Shown: positions 18,375 through 27,573 of the stretch, piece by piece
Layout of the letters: every line of letters begins with the position of its first letter
Position numbering within the stretch: position 1 is the stretch's first letter
Source of the DNA: Chloroflexota bacterium
GTDB lineage: Bacteria; Chloroflexota; Dehalococcoidia; Bin125
Direction of reading: 5' to 3'
DNA: 64,000 nt
NCBI GenBank assembly: GCA_003228175.2
Contig: QGNQ01000008.1
Location: forward strand, 1,354-65,353
Notes under the pieces: generated by a model
Databases searched by the model: none
What the model saw: the letters and a program-made list of their open reading frames with translations, nothing else
Told to the model about the DNA's origin: nothing
Made by a program: the position numbers and the translations under genes

Positions 18375-18674
18375 CGCGCCTCCGCCGCCGCCAACCGCAA
18401 CGACCGTACACCGCGGCGACCGCAGTCCGATAGAGGCCCGCCTGATCGATCTGCCCTGACACCACGTCCGCCAGCGCAAACGCCGGACACAACAAACCCC
18501 ACGACGATGTCGTGGGGCTGTTGCCGCTCGCGGGGTCATGCAAGCGAAACGAGGGACCTCATGAATCATGCCGCGAGGCGGAATGCCGAGCTATGCGGCG
18601 ATGTCGCAAAGGGACCGAAATCTGCTCCACGTCCTCACGGCCAGACCGCCCCCAGGAACGAGCGCCCTGGTCGG

Positions 18675-19514
18675 TCAGGCGTCCGATCGTTCGGTCTGCT
18701 CGCCGCTCGCGAGTGACTCCGCGACGACGCGTCGGAACGCCTCCGGCTGCTCCAGATGCGCGGCATGCCCGGCCTGCGCGATACGGGCCGCTCGCCCACC
18801 CGGCGCCCGCGCCGCCATCGCCGACGCATGATCGCAATATCGTGCGTCCAACGCCCCCGCGATGAACAGCGCCGGGCAGGCCAGATCGACCAGCGCCTCC
18901 AGCACCGGCGCATCGACGCCCGCCCCCGCCTCGCGCAAGCTCCGGGCCAGCCCGGCCGGGTCGTTGGCCAAGCGTTGCACCCGCAGCGACGCCTGCACCT
19001 GGGCCGGAAGGGCCTGCTGACTCCGCCAAAGCGAGAGCGACTGCCAATGATCGACGAAGGCCGCGATCCCGTCGCGCTCCAGCCGATCGGCCAGCGCCCT
19101 GTCCGCGGCGACCCGATCCCGGCGGGCCGCAGCGTCGGCGATACCCGGCGAAGCGCTCTCCACGATCAGCGCGCTGATCCGCTCCGGCGCCTGCAGCGCC
19201 AGTCGCAGCGCGATGCGCCCGCCCATCGAGTAGCCCAGCAGCGCCACCCGAGCCAGCCCACGCGCGTCGAGCAACGCCAGCAACGCCTCGACCGTCGCCG
19301 GGATCGTCGCGGGCACATCCAGCGACCGCCCGTGCCCGGGCAGGTCCGGCGCGAGCAGGCGCATCCCCGGCCAGGCGTCCCGAAACGGTCGCCAGCTCTC
19401 GCAACTGCCGGTGAAGCCGTGCAGCGCCAGCAACGGCTCGCCGTCGCCCCACTCCGCAACGTGCAGCCCGCCATTGCTCGCCGCGCCGCCCGCCGCGAGA
19501 GACCCAGCGCTCAC
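18675..19514 (-). CDS. menH: 2-succinyl-6-hydroxy-2,4-cyclohexadiene-1-carboxylate synthase (alpha/beta hydrolase)
   Basis: LLALHGFTGS..LLGYSMGGRIAL..GHAAHLEQPEAF; GTGA overlap with the menD stop; men cluster context. Confidence 0.8.
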   Translation of the reverse strand: MSAGSLAAGGAASNGGLHVAEWGDGEPLLALHGFTGSCESWRPFRDAWPGMRLLAPDLPGHGRSLDVPATIPATVEALLALLDARGLARVALLGYSMGGRIALRLALQAPERISALIVESASPGIADAAARRDRVAADRALADRLERDGIAAFVDHWQSLSLWRSQQALPAQVQASLRVQRLANDPAGLARSLREAGAGVDAPVLEALVDLACPALFIAGALDARYCDHASAMAARAPGGRAARIAQAGHAAHLEQPEAFRRVVAESLASGEQTERSDA

Positions 19515-21262
19515 GCCAGCGCCTCACCCACCCGACGCGAGATCTCGACATGCAGCGCCGCATTCTCCACGCGATCCGTCGTGACCTCGATCAGCTGCGT
19601 CCCCGGCCTCCGCAACGACTGGGCCAGCGCTTCGCGGTATTCCTCCGCCGTCGCCGCGTGCACGTAGTCCAGGCCGTACTGCGCCGCCGCGTGCTCGAAC
19701 GTCATCCCGTGCGGCGTCCCAAACAGCGACTCGAACTCCGGCACCTGCGTCGCCTGCGGCAGCAGCGAGAAGATGCCGCCGCCGTCGTTGTTCAGCACCA
19801 CAATCGTCGCGTCCAGACCGAAGCGGCCCGCGGCCAGCAGCCCGTTCATGTCGTGGTAGAGCGACAGATCGCCCAGCACCAGCGCCAGCGTCGATTCGGG
19901 CCGGGCCGCCCCGGCGCCGAACGCCGTCGAAACGACGCCATCGATCCCGCTCACCCCACGATTGGCGTACACGTGCAGCGCATCCGGGCCGGCGCGGAGC
20001 ATCGTGTCGACATCGCGAATCGGCATGCTGTTCCCGGCGACCAGCGTCGCTCCGGGCGGCAACGCATCGATCAGGGCAGCGATCGTGGCGGGCTCGCTCA
20101 GCCCCTCAACGATCCCCTCATCAACCGCGACAGCCGCCGCCGCGTCGCGCTCGCGCCAGGCCCGCAGCCATCCCCCATCCACAGCCCCATCACCAGCCTC
20201 ACCACCACCGAGTGCCTCACGCAGGCGGCGGCAGACCGCCGTGGGGTCCGCATCCAGCGATCGACGGGCCACGAGGTCCGGGTCGTTCCAGCCGCCCGGC
20301 TCCGCGATGACCACCTGCTCCGCCCGCTTCAGCCCAGCCAGATACTGCCCCAGCGTCTTCGACGTCGGCGTTCCGCCCACACGCAGGACGACCTCCGGCT
20401 CCATGTCCGGGTGGGGGACCCGCAGCATCGCGTCGTAGCTCGCGATCACATGGCTGCGATCGTGCGGTCCGCGTCGTAGCTGCGACAGCGGATCAGCCAA
20501 GATCGGATAGCCCAGCCTGGCGGCCAGACCGGTGATCGCCTGCACGATGTCCGGCGACTGCTGCGGCCCCGCGACGATCAGGCCGCGCGGCAGCGCGCGC
20601 AGCTGCCCCGCCAGCGATGCGATCTCGCCCGGCGCGGGCTCCACGCGTGGCGGCGGCCCCGGCCGCTGAGCGCTCATCACCTCAGGCGCGGGTAGCGCCG
20701 GAATCAGCGGCTCGCGAAACGGCAGGTTCAGCTGCACGGGACCCATCGGAGCCGCCATCGCGATGCCGGGCGCGCGCTGCCCCCAGTGCCGCGCAGCGCC
20801 CGTACCGGGAGCGTCCGCACTCGGCACGGGCAGCTCCGCGAAGGCCTTCGCGTGGCTGCCGAACAGTCGGGTCTGGTCCAGGGTCTGATTCGCGCCCACG
20901 CCGCGAAGCTCGGGCGGTCGGTCGGCGCTCAGCACGACCAGCGGCACACCACTCTGCGCCGCCTCCGCCACCGCCGGCGCGAAGTTCACCACCGCCGTGC
21001 CGGACGTGCAGAGCAGCGCCACCGGACGCTGCTGCGCCCGTGCCAGACCCAGCGCGAAGTAGCCACAGGAGCGCTCATCGAGATGCATCCAGGTGCGCAG
21101 CGACGGATGCCGTTCGACCGCGATCGCGACCGGCGTCGAGCGGGAGCCCGGGCAAAGACAGACCTCGCGCACACCGCCCGCGACGAGGCCGTCGGCCAGC
21201 GCGCCAACGAACGAGCCCAGCGCGCTCGCCACCGGGCTCGGGTCAGCCCCGCGCGCCGGCAT
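19511..21262 (-). CDS. menD: 2-succinyl-5-enolpyruvyl-6-hydroxy-3-cyclohexene-1-carboxylate synthase
   Basis: Start at ATG 21262 (MPARGADPSPV..). VCLCPGSRSTPVAIA..DERSCGYFALGLA..LCTSGTAVVNFAPAVAEA; ThDP motif GDLSLYHDMNGL..NNDGGGIF. Confidence 0.88.
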   Translation of the reverse strand: MPARGADPSPVASALGSFVGALADGLVAGGVREVCLCPGSRSTPVAIAVERHPSLRTWMHLDERSCGYFALGLARAQQRPVALLCTSGTAVVNFAPAVAEAAQSGVPLVVLSADRPPELRGVGANQTLDQTRLFGSHAKAFAELPVPSADAPGTGAARHWGQRAPGIAMAAPMGPVQLNLPFREPLIPALPAPEVMSAQRPGPPPRVEPAPGEIASLAGQLRALPRGLIVAGPQQSPDIVQAITGLAARLGYPILADPLSQLRRGPHDRSHVIASYDAMLRVPHPDMEPEVVLRVGGTPTSKTLGQYLAGLKRAEQVVIAEPGGWNDPDLVARRSLDADPTAVCRRLREALGGGEAGDGAVDGGWLRAWRERDAAAAVAVDEGIVEGLSEPATIAALIDALPPGATLVAGNSMPIRDVDTMLRAGPDALHVYANRGVSGIDGVVSTAFGAGAARPESTLALVLGDLSLYHDMNGLLAAGRFGLDATIVVLNNDGGGIFSLLPQATQVPEFESLFGTPHGMTFEHAAAQYGLDYVHAATAEEYREALAQSLRRPGTQLIEVTTDRVENAALHVEISRRVGEALA

Positions 21263-22637
21263 CGCGATCGGCCGGCACGCCCAGCGCGCCCAGCACCGCC
21301 TCCATCTTGAGCCGCGCCTCGCGCCACTCGATCTCCGGGTCGCTCCCCGGCACGATGCCGCAGCCCGCGTACAGCGCCGCGTGATTCTCCCAGACCAGCG
21401 CCGAGCGCAGCGCGACGACGGCGTCGCCCTCGCCGCCGCTGTCCCCCCGCGCCCAGCCCACGGGACCCGCGTACCAGCCGCGGTCGAAGGGCTCCAACTC
21501 CCGGCTGCGGTCGGCCGCACGCGGGACCGCACCCACGGCCGGCGTCGGGTGCAGCGACTCCACCAGCGACAGCAAGCCGCGCGGCTGCAAGAGCTCCCCG
21601 CTGACCGGCGTGTACAGGTGCGACAGATCGGGCAGCGTCATCAGCTGCGGCACGCCCGGCGCATCCAAGCGCCCGCAGATCGGGGCCAGCCGCTCCCGCA
21701 GCGCCTCAACGACAAAGGCGTGCTCGCTGCGCTCCTTCGGATCGTCCAGCAACCAGCGCCCGTCACCCGTCCCGCGCGAGGTGCCGGCCAAGGCCGCCGC
21801 CTCGATCGCGGTACCCCGCAAGCCAACGAGCTCCTCCGGCGACGCGCCCAGGAACGTCGCCCCGCCGCGTCGCACGGCGAAAATCGTCGCGCTGGGGAAG
21901 CGGCTGCGCAGCGCCCGCAGCACCTGCGCCGGATCGATCGATGCTTCCGCCTGCGCGCAGACCCGACGCGCCAGCACCTGCTTGCGCAAGTCGCCCGCCG
22001 CGATCGCCTCCAGCACGCTGCGCAAGCTGTCGTCCCACCACGTGTGCCCCGGATCGTCGCGCAGGCTGATCCCAGGCGGCGCAGTGGCAGCGCGGGACGG
22101 TTGCGCACGCAGCGCGGCGTCGGCGAGCGCCTGCACGCTGTCCATCGCTTCCGCCTCGCAGACCTGTAGCTGCACAGCCGACATCGCCCCGCGCCGCTCC
22201 AGCACAACAGCCGGCGCAACCCAGGCGCCGCGCGGCCAGGCGGACCAGACGCCGTCCGCGACCTCGGGAGATTCGGCGAACGCGAAGCCACCCGCCGCAA
22301 ACGGCGTCGCGGACGGGGTCGCCAAAGAGGCGCGCTCAACGATCTCGCGCCACCACGATGCCGCCTCCGCGAAGCGCCCCGGGCCGGCCACCTCGATCGA
22401 CGCCGTGGCGCCCAGCGCCAGCAGCCCGAACTCCTGCGCGGGCTGCTCCCAATAGAACGCGTCATCCGTCGTCGCGGCGAACGCGTCGATCAGATCCGGC
22501 AGCGGCACTGCCTGCGCGGCAGTCGCCAGGGCGCCAGTGCCCAGGGCGCCGTGGGAGCGGGCGGCAGCGACGGCCGTCGCGAGTGGTTCGCGCAACGCGT
22601 CCGTGGGAGATCCTGCGGTCGTCGGGCTGGCTGGCAT
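21243..22637 (-). CDS. menF: Isochorismate synthase
   Basis: ..FLGASPEELV..ERSEHAFVVEAL..LHPTPAVGAVP..DRGWYAGPVGW..GCGIVPGSDPEIEWRE. Confidence 0.88.
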   Translation of the reverse strand: MPASPTTAGSPTDALREPLATAVAAARSHGALGTGALATAAQAVPLPDLIDAFAATTDDAFYWEQPAQEFGLLALGATASIEVAGPGRFAEAASWWREIVERASLATPSATPFAAGGFAFAESPEVADGVWSAWPRGAWVAPAVVLERRGAMSAVQLQVCEAEAMDSVQALADAALRAQPSRAATAPPGISLRDDPGHTWWDDSLRSVLEAIAAGDLRKQVLARRVCAQAEASIDPAQVLRALRSRFPSATIFAVRRGGATFLGASPEELVGLRGTAIEAAALAGTSRGTGDGRWLLDDPKERSEHAFVVEALRERLAPICGRLDAPGVPQLMTLPDLSHLYTPVSGELLQPRGLLSLVESLHPTPAVGAVPRAADRSRELEPFDRGWYAGPVGWARGDSGGEGDAVVALRSALVWENHAALYAGCGIVPGSDPEIEWREARLKMEAVLGALGVPADRDAGARG

Positions 22638-22724
22638 CGTCGCTCCGCCCCGCCAAAACCGACTGGCGGGTCGGTTTTCATGCTACGTCCTGGACGCGAC
22701 GGGTGGAAGTCTTTCGGGTGTCGC

Positions 22725-23924
22725 TCAATCGGCGTCCGGCAGCCCCAGGATCGCGCCTCGGTGCCGCCGCGCCAGCAGAATGCCCCCGATCGCGACGGCC
22801 ATTCCCACCACGAAGGACGCGATCAACCCAGCATCCTCATGCAGCGCGTCGAGCAGCACCACGGTCGAGACCACCTCCGCCAGCGCCAGCAGACCGACGA
22901 AGCCGATCAGCCGGCGCTCGTGCAAGATATGCACCACCCAAGTGCCAAGCGGCGCCCCCCAGACGACGACCGGCACCGCCGCCAGCCAAAGCCCGGTCAG
23001 GTCGTAACGACTGCCATCGAGCGGCCCCACGCTCGTGCCGCCCACCGCCACCACATCAGCCGCCGCATTGAGATCGATATCGAGCTGGCCATCGGCGATC
23101 CCCAGGGTGAGCAGCCCAATGATCGAGATCAGCGCCATCGTGATCACACTCGTGGGCACGCCGACGCGCGGATGCAGCCCCACCATCACCACCATGAACA
23201 GGAACAGCATCACGTTCGCGCCCGTGCCCACCCAGGCCGTGATCCCACCCCCCACGAACGCCGCCAGCGCCAGCCCCAGCACGAGGCGCGGGTTCCATCG
23301 GCGTACCCCTGCCATCTCCGACGCGGGCGCGCGCAGCATCACGAACATCATGAACGACATCGCCGCCAGCACGATCGTAAACGTGACCTTCACAACCCCC
23401 GACGAGAGGTCGCTGGGCCAGAACGGCGCGCCCTCGTCCCCAAGCAGGAACAGCGAGGCGATGAAGCCCAGCCCGCCCACCGGCGCGCAGACCACGATCG
23501 CCCGCAACTCGATGGGACGACGGGCGAGCAGGATGATCAGCGACGCCATCGTCATGCCGACGGCCTGAATCGAAAGGGAGAACGTTCGCGCCACCGGCGC
23601 CGGCACGTCCAGCACTTTGGTGAAGATCGGGAAGGCGACGGCCCCACCCCCCCCTGGCGAGGAGCCACCCAGGAACGACCCGAACACCATCGTGATCGAC
23701 GATTCCCAATGCGCGCTGATCCGATCGAGTTCCCCTGCGGCGAGCACGTAGATCAGCCAGACCAGCGTCGCGGTGGCAGGCAGCGCGTAGAGCGCGATGC
23801 GTCGCGGGTTGAGGTGAGAAAACCGGCCGGCGTGGTCGTGCCCCCCGCGGCCCAATGCGCTGTCAGCCACGCAGGGGGACTTCCAGGCGCTCGGCCCAGA
23901 CGAGCAGCCGCTCGTCCTCGCCAA
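22725..23924 (-). CDS. TauE/SafE-family (DUF81) anion-exporter-like membrane protein
   Basis: Multi-TM; FGSFLGGSSPGGGGAVAFPIF and a second half-repeat. Start uncertain (GTG 23870 would reduce the overlap with the upstream amidase). Confidence 0.65.
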   Translation of the reverse strand: MARTSGCSSGPSAWKSPCVADSALGRGGHDHAGRFSHLNPRRIALYALPATATLVWLIYVLAAGELDRISAHWESSITMVFGSFLGGSSPGGGGAVAFPIFTKVLDVPAPVARTFSLSIQAVGMTMASLIILLARRPIELRAIVVCAPVGGLGFIASLFLLGDEGAPFWPSDLSSGVVKVTFTIVLAAMSFMMFVMLRAPASEMAGVRRWNPRLVLGLALAAFVGGGITAWVGTGANVMLFLFMVVMVGLHPRVGVPTSVITMALISIIGLLTLGIADGQLDIDLNAAADVVAVGGTSVGPLDGSRYDLTGLWLAAVPVVVWGAPLGTWVVHILHERRLIGFVGLLALAEVVSTVVLLDALHEDAGLIASFVVGMAVAIGGILLARRHRGAILGLPDAD

Positions 23925-25149
23925 AGCGCGCAGCCGCCTGGACCCCCACCGGCATCCCGTCGACCGATCCGGCCGGCAGCGCGATCGCGGGCAGGCCGGC
24001 GTGCGTCCAGGGCAGGTTCATCGCGGTCACCCCCGTCGTGTCGAGGCCCAGCGGGGCCGGACCCGGCGCCGCTGGCGCGACCCACGCATCAATCCCACCC
24101 ACGTCCATCAGTCGCGTCAGTTCCTCCCGCAGCCGCCCGCGGCCCTCGCGCCCCACCCGAACCAACTCCGCACTGACCACCCGTCCTCGATCGAACAGCG
24201 CCGCGCTGCCGCCCCGGTACAGCGCCCCCCACTGCGCGAACCAGTCGCGATGCACCATCGCGAACTCCGCCGCGTTGAGCGCGTTGTGGCGCGCGTTGAT
24301 CGCCTCGACATCCGGCAACGCATCCACGCGAACGATCTCGAACCCTGCCTGCGCCAGCCGCGCCAGCGCGCCCTCGAAAGCGGCCCGACCGTCCGGCTGC
24401 GTCTGCTCGAGGTAGCGGCCATCGGGCACACCAAGCACGGGCCGCGGCCCGGGTTGCGGTGGGGCCCAATCGTCGATCAGCACAGCCGCCACCAGCGCCG
24501 CCCCGGCGACATCCTGCGTGAACGTGCCCACCGTGTCGACCGAGGGCGAGTACGGGATCACCCCGTCGATCGGGATGCGCCCGTACGTTGGCTTGAAGCC
24601 CACCACCCCGCAGAACGCCGCCGGTCGCAGCACCGACCCCACGGTCTGCGAACCCAGCGCCAGCGGCACGATTCCCGCCGCCACCGCCGCCGCCGAGCCG
24701 GAGCTGGAGCCTCCTGGCGTGCGCGTCTGGTCGTGTGGGTTGGCCGTCGCACCGGCCTCCATGAACGCGAACTCTGTCGTCACGGTCTTGCCGAGCACGA
24801 GAGCGCCCGCCTCGAGCAAGCGCCGCACCGCCGCCGACTCCGGCATCGCGAAGGCCTCGGCCGGCAGCGCGCTGCCCGCCCGCATCGGCAGGCCATCGAT
24901 GGCGAAGATGTCCTTCACGCCCACCAGCGCGCCGAACAGCGGCGGGCGCGACGCCGAATCAGCCAGCGCCCGCGCCGCCGCGCGAACCCGCTCGGCCCGC
25001 CCCGCCTCCGGGACGAACGCGCGCAACCTGGGCTCCAGCGATTCGAGTCGCTCCAGCGCCGCATCGACGTGGCCGGCGAGGTCCAGCCCACCGTCGCGTA
25101 GGTCGGCCAGGGTCGGGGCGAGCGGCAGCGAATGCGCGAGCGAAACCAT
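23863..25149 (-). CDS. Amidase-signature family amidase (GatA-like)
   Basis: GVKDIF..GKTVTTEFA..TPGGSSSGSAAAVAAG..LGSQTVGSVLRPAAFCGVVGFKPTYGR. Confidence 0.8.
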   Translation of the reverse strand: MVSLAHSLPLAPTLADLRDGGLDLAGHVDAALERLESLEPRLRAFVPEAGRAERVRAAARALADSASRPPLFGALVGVKDIFAIDGLPMRAGSALPAEAFAMPESAAVRRLLEAGALVLGKTVTTEFAFMEAGATANPHDQTRTPGGSSSGSAAAVAAGIVPLALGSQTVGSVLRPAAFCGVVGFKPTYGRIPIDGVIPYSPSVDTVGTFTQDVAGAALVAAVLIDDWAPPQPGPRPVLGVPDGRYLEQTQPDGRAAFEGALARLAQAGFEIVRVDALPDVEAINARHNALNAAEFAMVHRDWFAQWGALYRGGSAALFDRGRVVSAELVRVGREGRGRLREELTRLMDVGGIDAWVAPAAPGPAPLGLDTTGVTAMNLPWTHAGLPAIALPAGSVDGMPVGVQAAARFGEDERLLVWAERLEVPLRG

Positions 25150-25158
25150 GCGCGAAGA

Positions 25159-25845
25159 CTAAGGGCCCCGCGCCTCCGAGAGCAGCGTCGCGACGCCCGC
25201 CAGGTCGTCCGCCGTGTGCGTCCCGCCGCCCTCCAACATCTCCTCCGCCGACCGCAGTCCCGTGATGCCGATCACCGCCCGGGTCTTGGCCGCCCGGCCG
25301 CCGCCCATGTCGGCGGACGAGTCCCCCACGAAGGCCGTCTCGTCCGGCCCCGCCCCCACGACCCCCAGGGCATGCAGGATCCCGTCCGGCGCGGGCTTCC
25401 CCGCCCCGGCCGTGTCCATCCCCACCACCACCCGGAACAGCGAGGTCCAGCCCATCGCCTCCACCAACACCTTGCCGCCAAACTCGTTCTTGTTGGTCAC
25501 CACCGCCATCGCAACGTCGCGGGCGCGCAGCGACGCCAGTAGTTCCACCGCGCCCGGCAAGGGCTGCGTCTGAGGCACGAAGCGACTGTTATAGCGACGC
25601 TGATACTCCTCGTAGATCGTCTGCGCCTCATCCGGGCCAATCGGCAACATCTGCTGCAGCATGATCGGCATCGGCGGGCCGATGCGCGGAATCACATCCC
25701 CGCTAGAGAGCTCGTAGCCGAACGCCGCGGCGCTCTCCGACACCGCCTGTGCGATCAGCGGCTCGGAGTCGGCCAAGGTGCCGTCCAAGTCGAATAGCAC
25801 GGCGCGCAGACCGGCGATCGGAGTCAGCGGGGATTCGTCGGTCAC
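25159..25845 (-). CDS. HAD-superfamily phosphatase (phosphoglycolate phosphatase-like)
   Basis: AVLFDLDGTLADSE, VVTNK, GAGKPAPD, FVGDSSADMGGG; start set at GTG 25845. Confidence 0.8.
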   Translation of the reverse strand: MTDESPLTPIAGLRAVLFDLDGTLADSEPLIAQAVSESAAAFGYELSSGDVIPRIGPPMPIMLQQMLPIGPDEAQTIYEEYQRRYNSRFVPQTQPLPGAVELLASLRARDVAMAVVTNKNEFGGKVLVEAMGWTSLFRVVVGMDTAGAGKPAPDGILHALGVVGAGPDETAFVGDSSADMGGGRAAKTRAVIGITGLRSAEEMLEGGGTHTADDLAGVATLLSEARGP

Positions 25846-25849
25846 GGGC

Positions 25850-26095
25850 TCAGGCGGGAAGCAGCAGATGCCAGTCGTCGGTGCGCTCCGACTCCCGCAC
25901 CGCCTGGAACGTCTGGCCGCCCAGCTCGATCTCCACATCGATCGCCGGCAGCGGCAGCACGCAACGATCGGCGCTGGGCTTCTCCGCCTTGCGAGCCGCA
26001 GCGGCGATGAGTTCCTCAATCTGCGCGAGGTCGTGCTGCAACGACACGGCGGCATCGGCCAGAGGGACAGCGGTGAGGGCGTGATTCGTTGTCAT
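25850..26095 (-). CDS. Hypothetical small protein (81 aa)
   Basis: ORF with host-like high third-position GC, ending 2 nt before the HAD gene start; no family recognised. Confidence 0.35.
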   Translation of the reverse strand: MTTNHALTAVPLADAAVSLQHDLAQIEELIAAAARKAEKPSADRCVLPLPAIDVEIELGGQTFQAVRESERTDDWHLLLPA

Positions 26096-26150
26096 GTCCG
26101 CAGTGTACCGGGCCCCTGCACCCGGATCACCAGGGCCCCAATCGGCCCTC

Positions 26151-26189
26151 GGGATCAGCCCGCGGGATCAGCCCGCGAGATCAGGCCTC
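26151..26189. repeat. 13-bp tandem repeat GGGATCAGCCCGC x2 plus a degenerate third copy
   Basis: 26151-26163 and 26164-26176 are identical; 26177-26189 is gagatcaggcctc. Spans the stop (26181) of the membrane-protein gene. Confidence 0.8.
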
Positions 26190-26939
26190 GGGGCCCGCCG
26201 CTGACTCCTCGGACACGCGCCGCTCCGCCTCTCGATGGATCGCGCGCCAAACCAGGTAATAGGAGATCGCGAAGAGCCCGATGTTCAAGGGCCACGTCGC
26301 CACTCGGCTCCAGAGGATGTAGCTGTCCGTGCTCAGCGAGTCCAGCAGGATCAGTCGGATCACGGCCGTGACCACATTCTGCACCGCCCAGGCCAGGCTC
26401 AGCGTGATGAAGACCTGGTGTCGCTCCGAGATCCAGTCCTTCACGCCCGGAAACATTTCCCGCACGAAGACGCCCATCAGCGGTCGACCGATCACCACGC
26501 TGCCCAGGAACGCGCCCGTCCACAGGAAGTCGCCGATCGCGTCGCTCGCGAAGAACGCCTTGTCGCTGTCGAGGATGATCCCCACCAGCGCCGATCCGCC
26601 CACGATCACAATCCCGCCCACCGCCAAGTAGCCAATCACGCCGCTGTGCCGCGTGCGCAAGAAGACGATCACCGCCGCCGCAAACCCCGCCCCAATCGCG
26701 ACGCGCGTGTCCGCCACTCGATCGACAAGCAAGAAGGCCGCGATCGGCAGAATGCTGAGCCAAATCTCGCCGTTGATCTGACTCGACGCCATCACATCAC
26801 GAGGCGGCGTCAGCCGCCGCCGCCGCCGCCGTCGCTCGGCAGTGGATTCGCCGTCCGCTTCCGGCCCATCCTTGCTGGGGGCGTCCAGGGGGTCGTGTTC
26901 ACCGGGCATGACGACAGAATACCGGTCCAGCCGGCCCAC
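26181..26939 (-). CDS. Integral membrane protein, family not recognised
   Basis: 252-aa ORF with 5-6 predicted TM helices after a charged N-terminus (ERRRRRRRL); good codon bias. Confidence 0.6.
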   Translation of the reverse strand: MGRLDRYSVVMPGEHDPLDAPSKDGPEADGESTAERRRRRRRLTPPRDVMASSQINGEIWLSILPIAAFLLVDRVADTRVAIGAGFAAAVIVFLRTRHSGVIGYLAVGGIVIVGGSALVGIILDSDKAFFASDAIGDFLWTGAFLGSVVIGRPLMGVFVREMFPGVKDWISERHQVFITLSLAWAVQNVVTAVIRLILLDSLSTDSYILWSRVATWPLNIGLFAISYYLVWRAIHREAERRVSEESAAGPEA

Positions 26940-27000
26940 GACGCCCCCTCCAGACGCGTGCCCGATGCGAGCTTGCCGCTCCTGCCTCTACCATCGCGTC

Positions 27001-27495
27001 ATGGCGATCACACTCGGCCCGGCGGCCCTCACCGCGGCGCTGTTAGGGCTCTTCGCGACCAACGCGATCGACTACACCGGCGACGACGGCGACCCTCGGC
27101 TGATCGCCTGGCTGCCGTTCGTCCTGGTGCTCATCCTGGTCCTGCGCGACGCCGTCTTCGAGGGCAGCTTCCGCGACGGGCCCCGCAACCGGCTCCCCGG
27201 TGTCGATCTGCGCGACGGACAAGTCCACCTGCGCATCTTCGACTTCGAACCCGTCGCCACCACGCTGGCCATCATCACCGGCCTGCTCGCCTCCGGCGCG
27301 ATCGACTTCCACGACGGCAACGGTGGCGGGAGCGCCTGGGCCTGGACCGTCTTCGCCCTGGCGCTCTTCCTCAGCATCGGCGGACGCCTGAGCCGGCGCC
27401 CCCGCTCGCGGCGCCAGAAGCAGGAGCGCGACGAGCGCACCGCGCGGTTCTGGGAAGACACGATGCGCGGATTCTTCGAGCGCGGCCGCCGCTAG
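27001..27495 (+). CDS. Hypothetical membrane protein
   Basis: MAITLGPAALTAALLGLFA.. with 4 hydrophobic segments and a basic C-terminal tail. ATG 27001 chosen because the track start at 26842 overlaps the divergent gene. Confidence 0.5.
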   Translation: MAITLGPAALTAALLGLFATNAIDYTGDDGDPRLIAWLPFVLVLILVLRDAVFEGSFRDGPRNRLPGVDLRDGQVHLRIFDFEPVATTLAIITGLLASGAIDFHDGNGGGSAWAWTVFALALFLSIGGRLSRRPRSRRQKQERDERTARFWEDTMRGFFERGRR

Positions 27496-27573
27496 GCCGC
27501 CCCGCCCACCCCCAAGCCCCGAGAACGACGCCGCCGGAGGGCCGCGACCCCGGCTGCGAGCGGCCCAGCCCGC

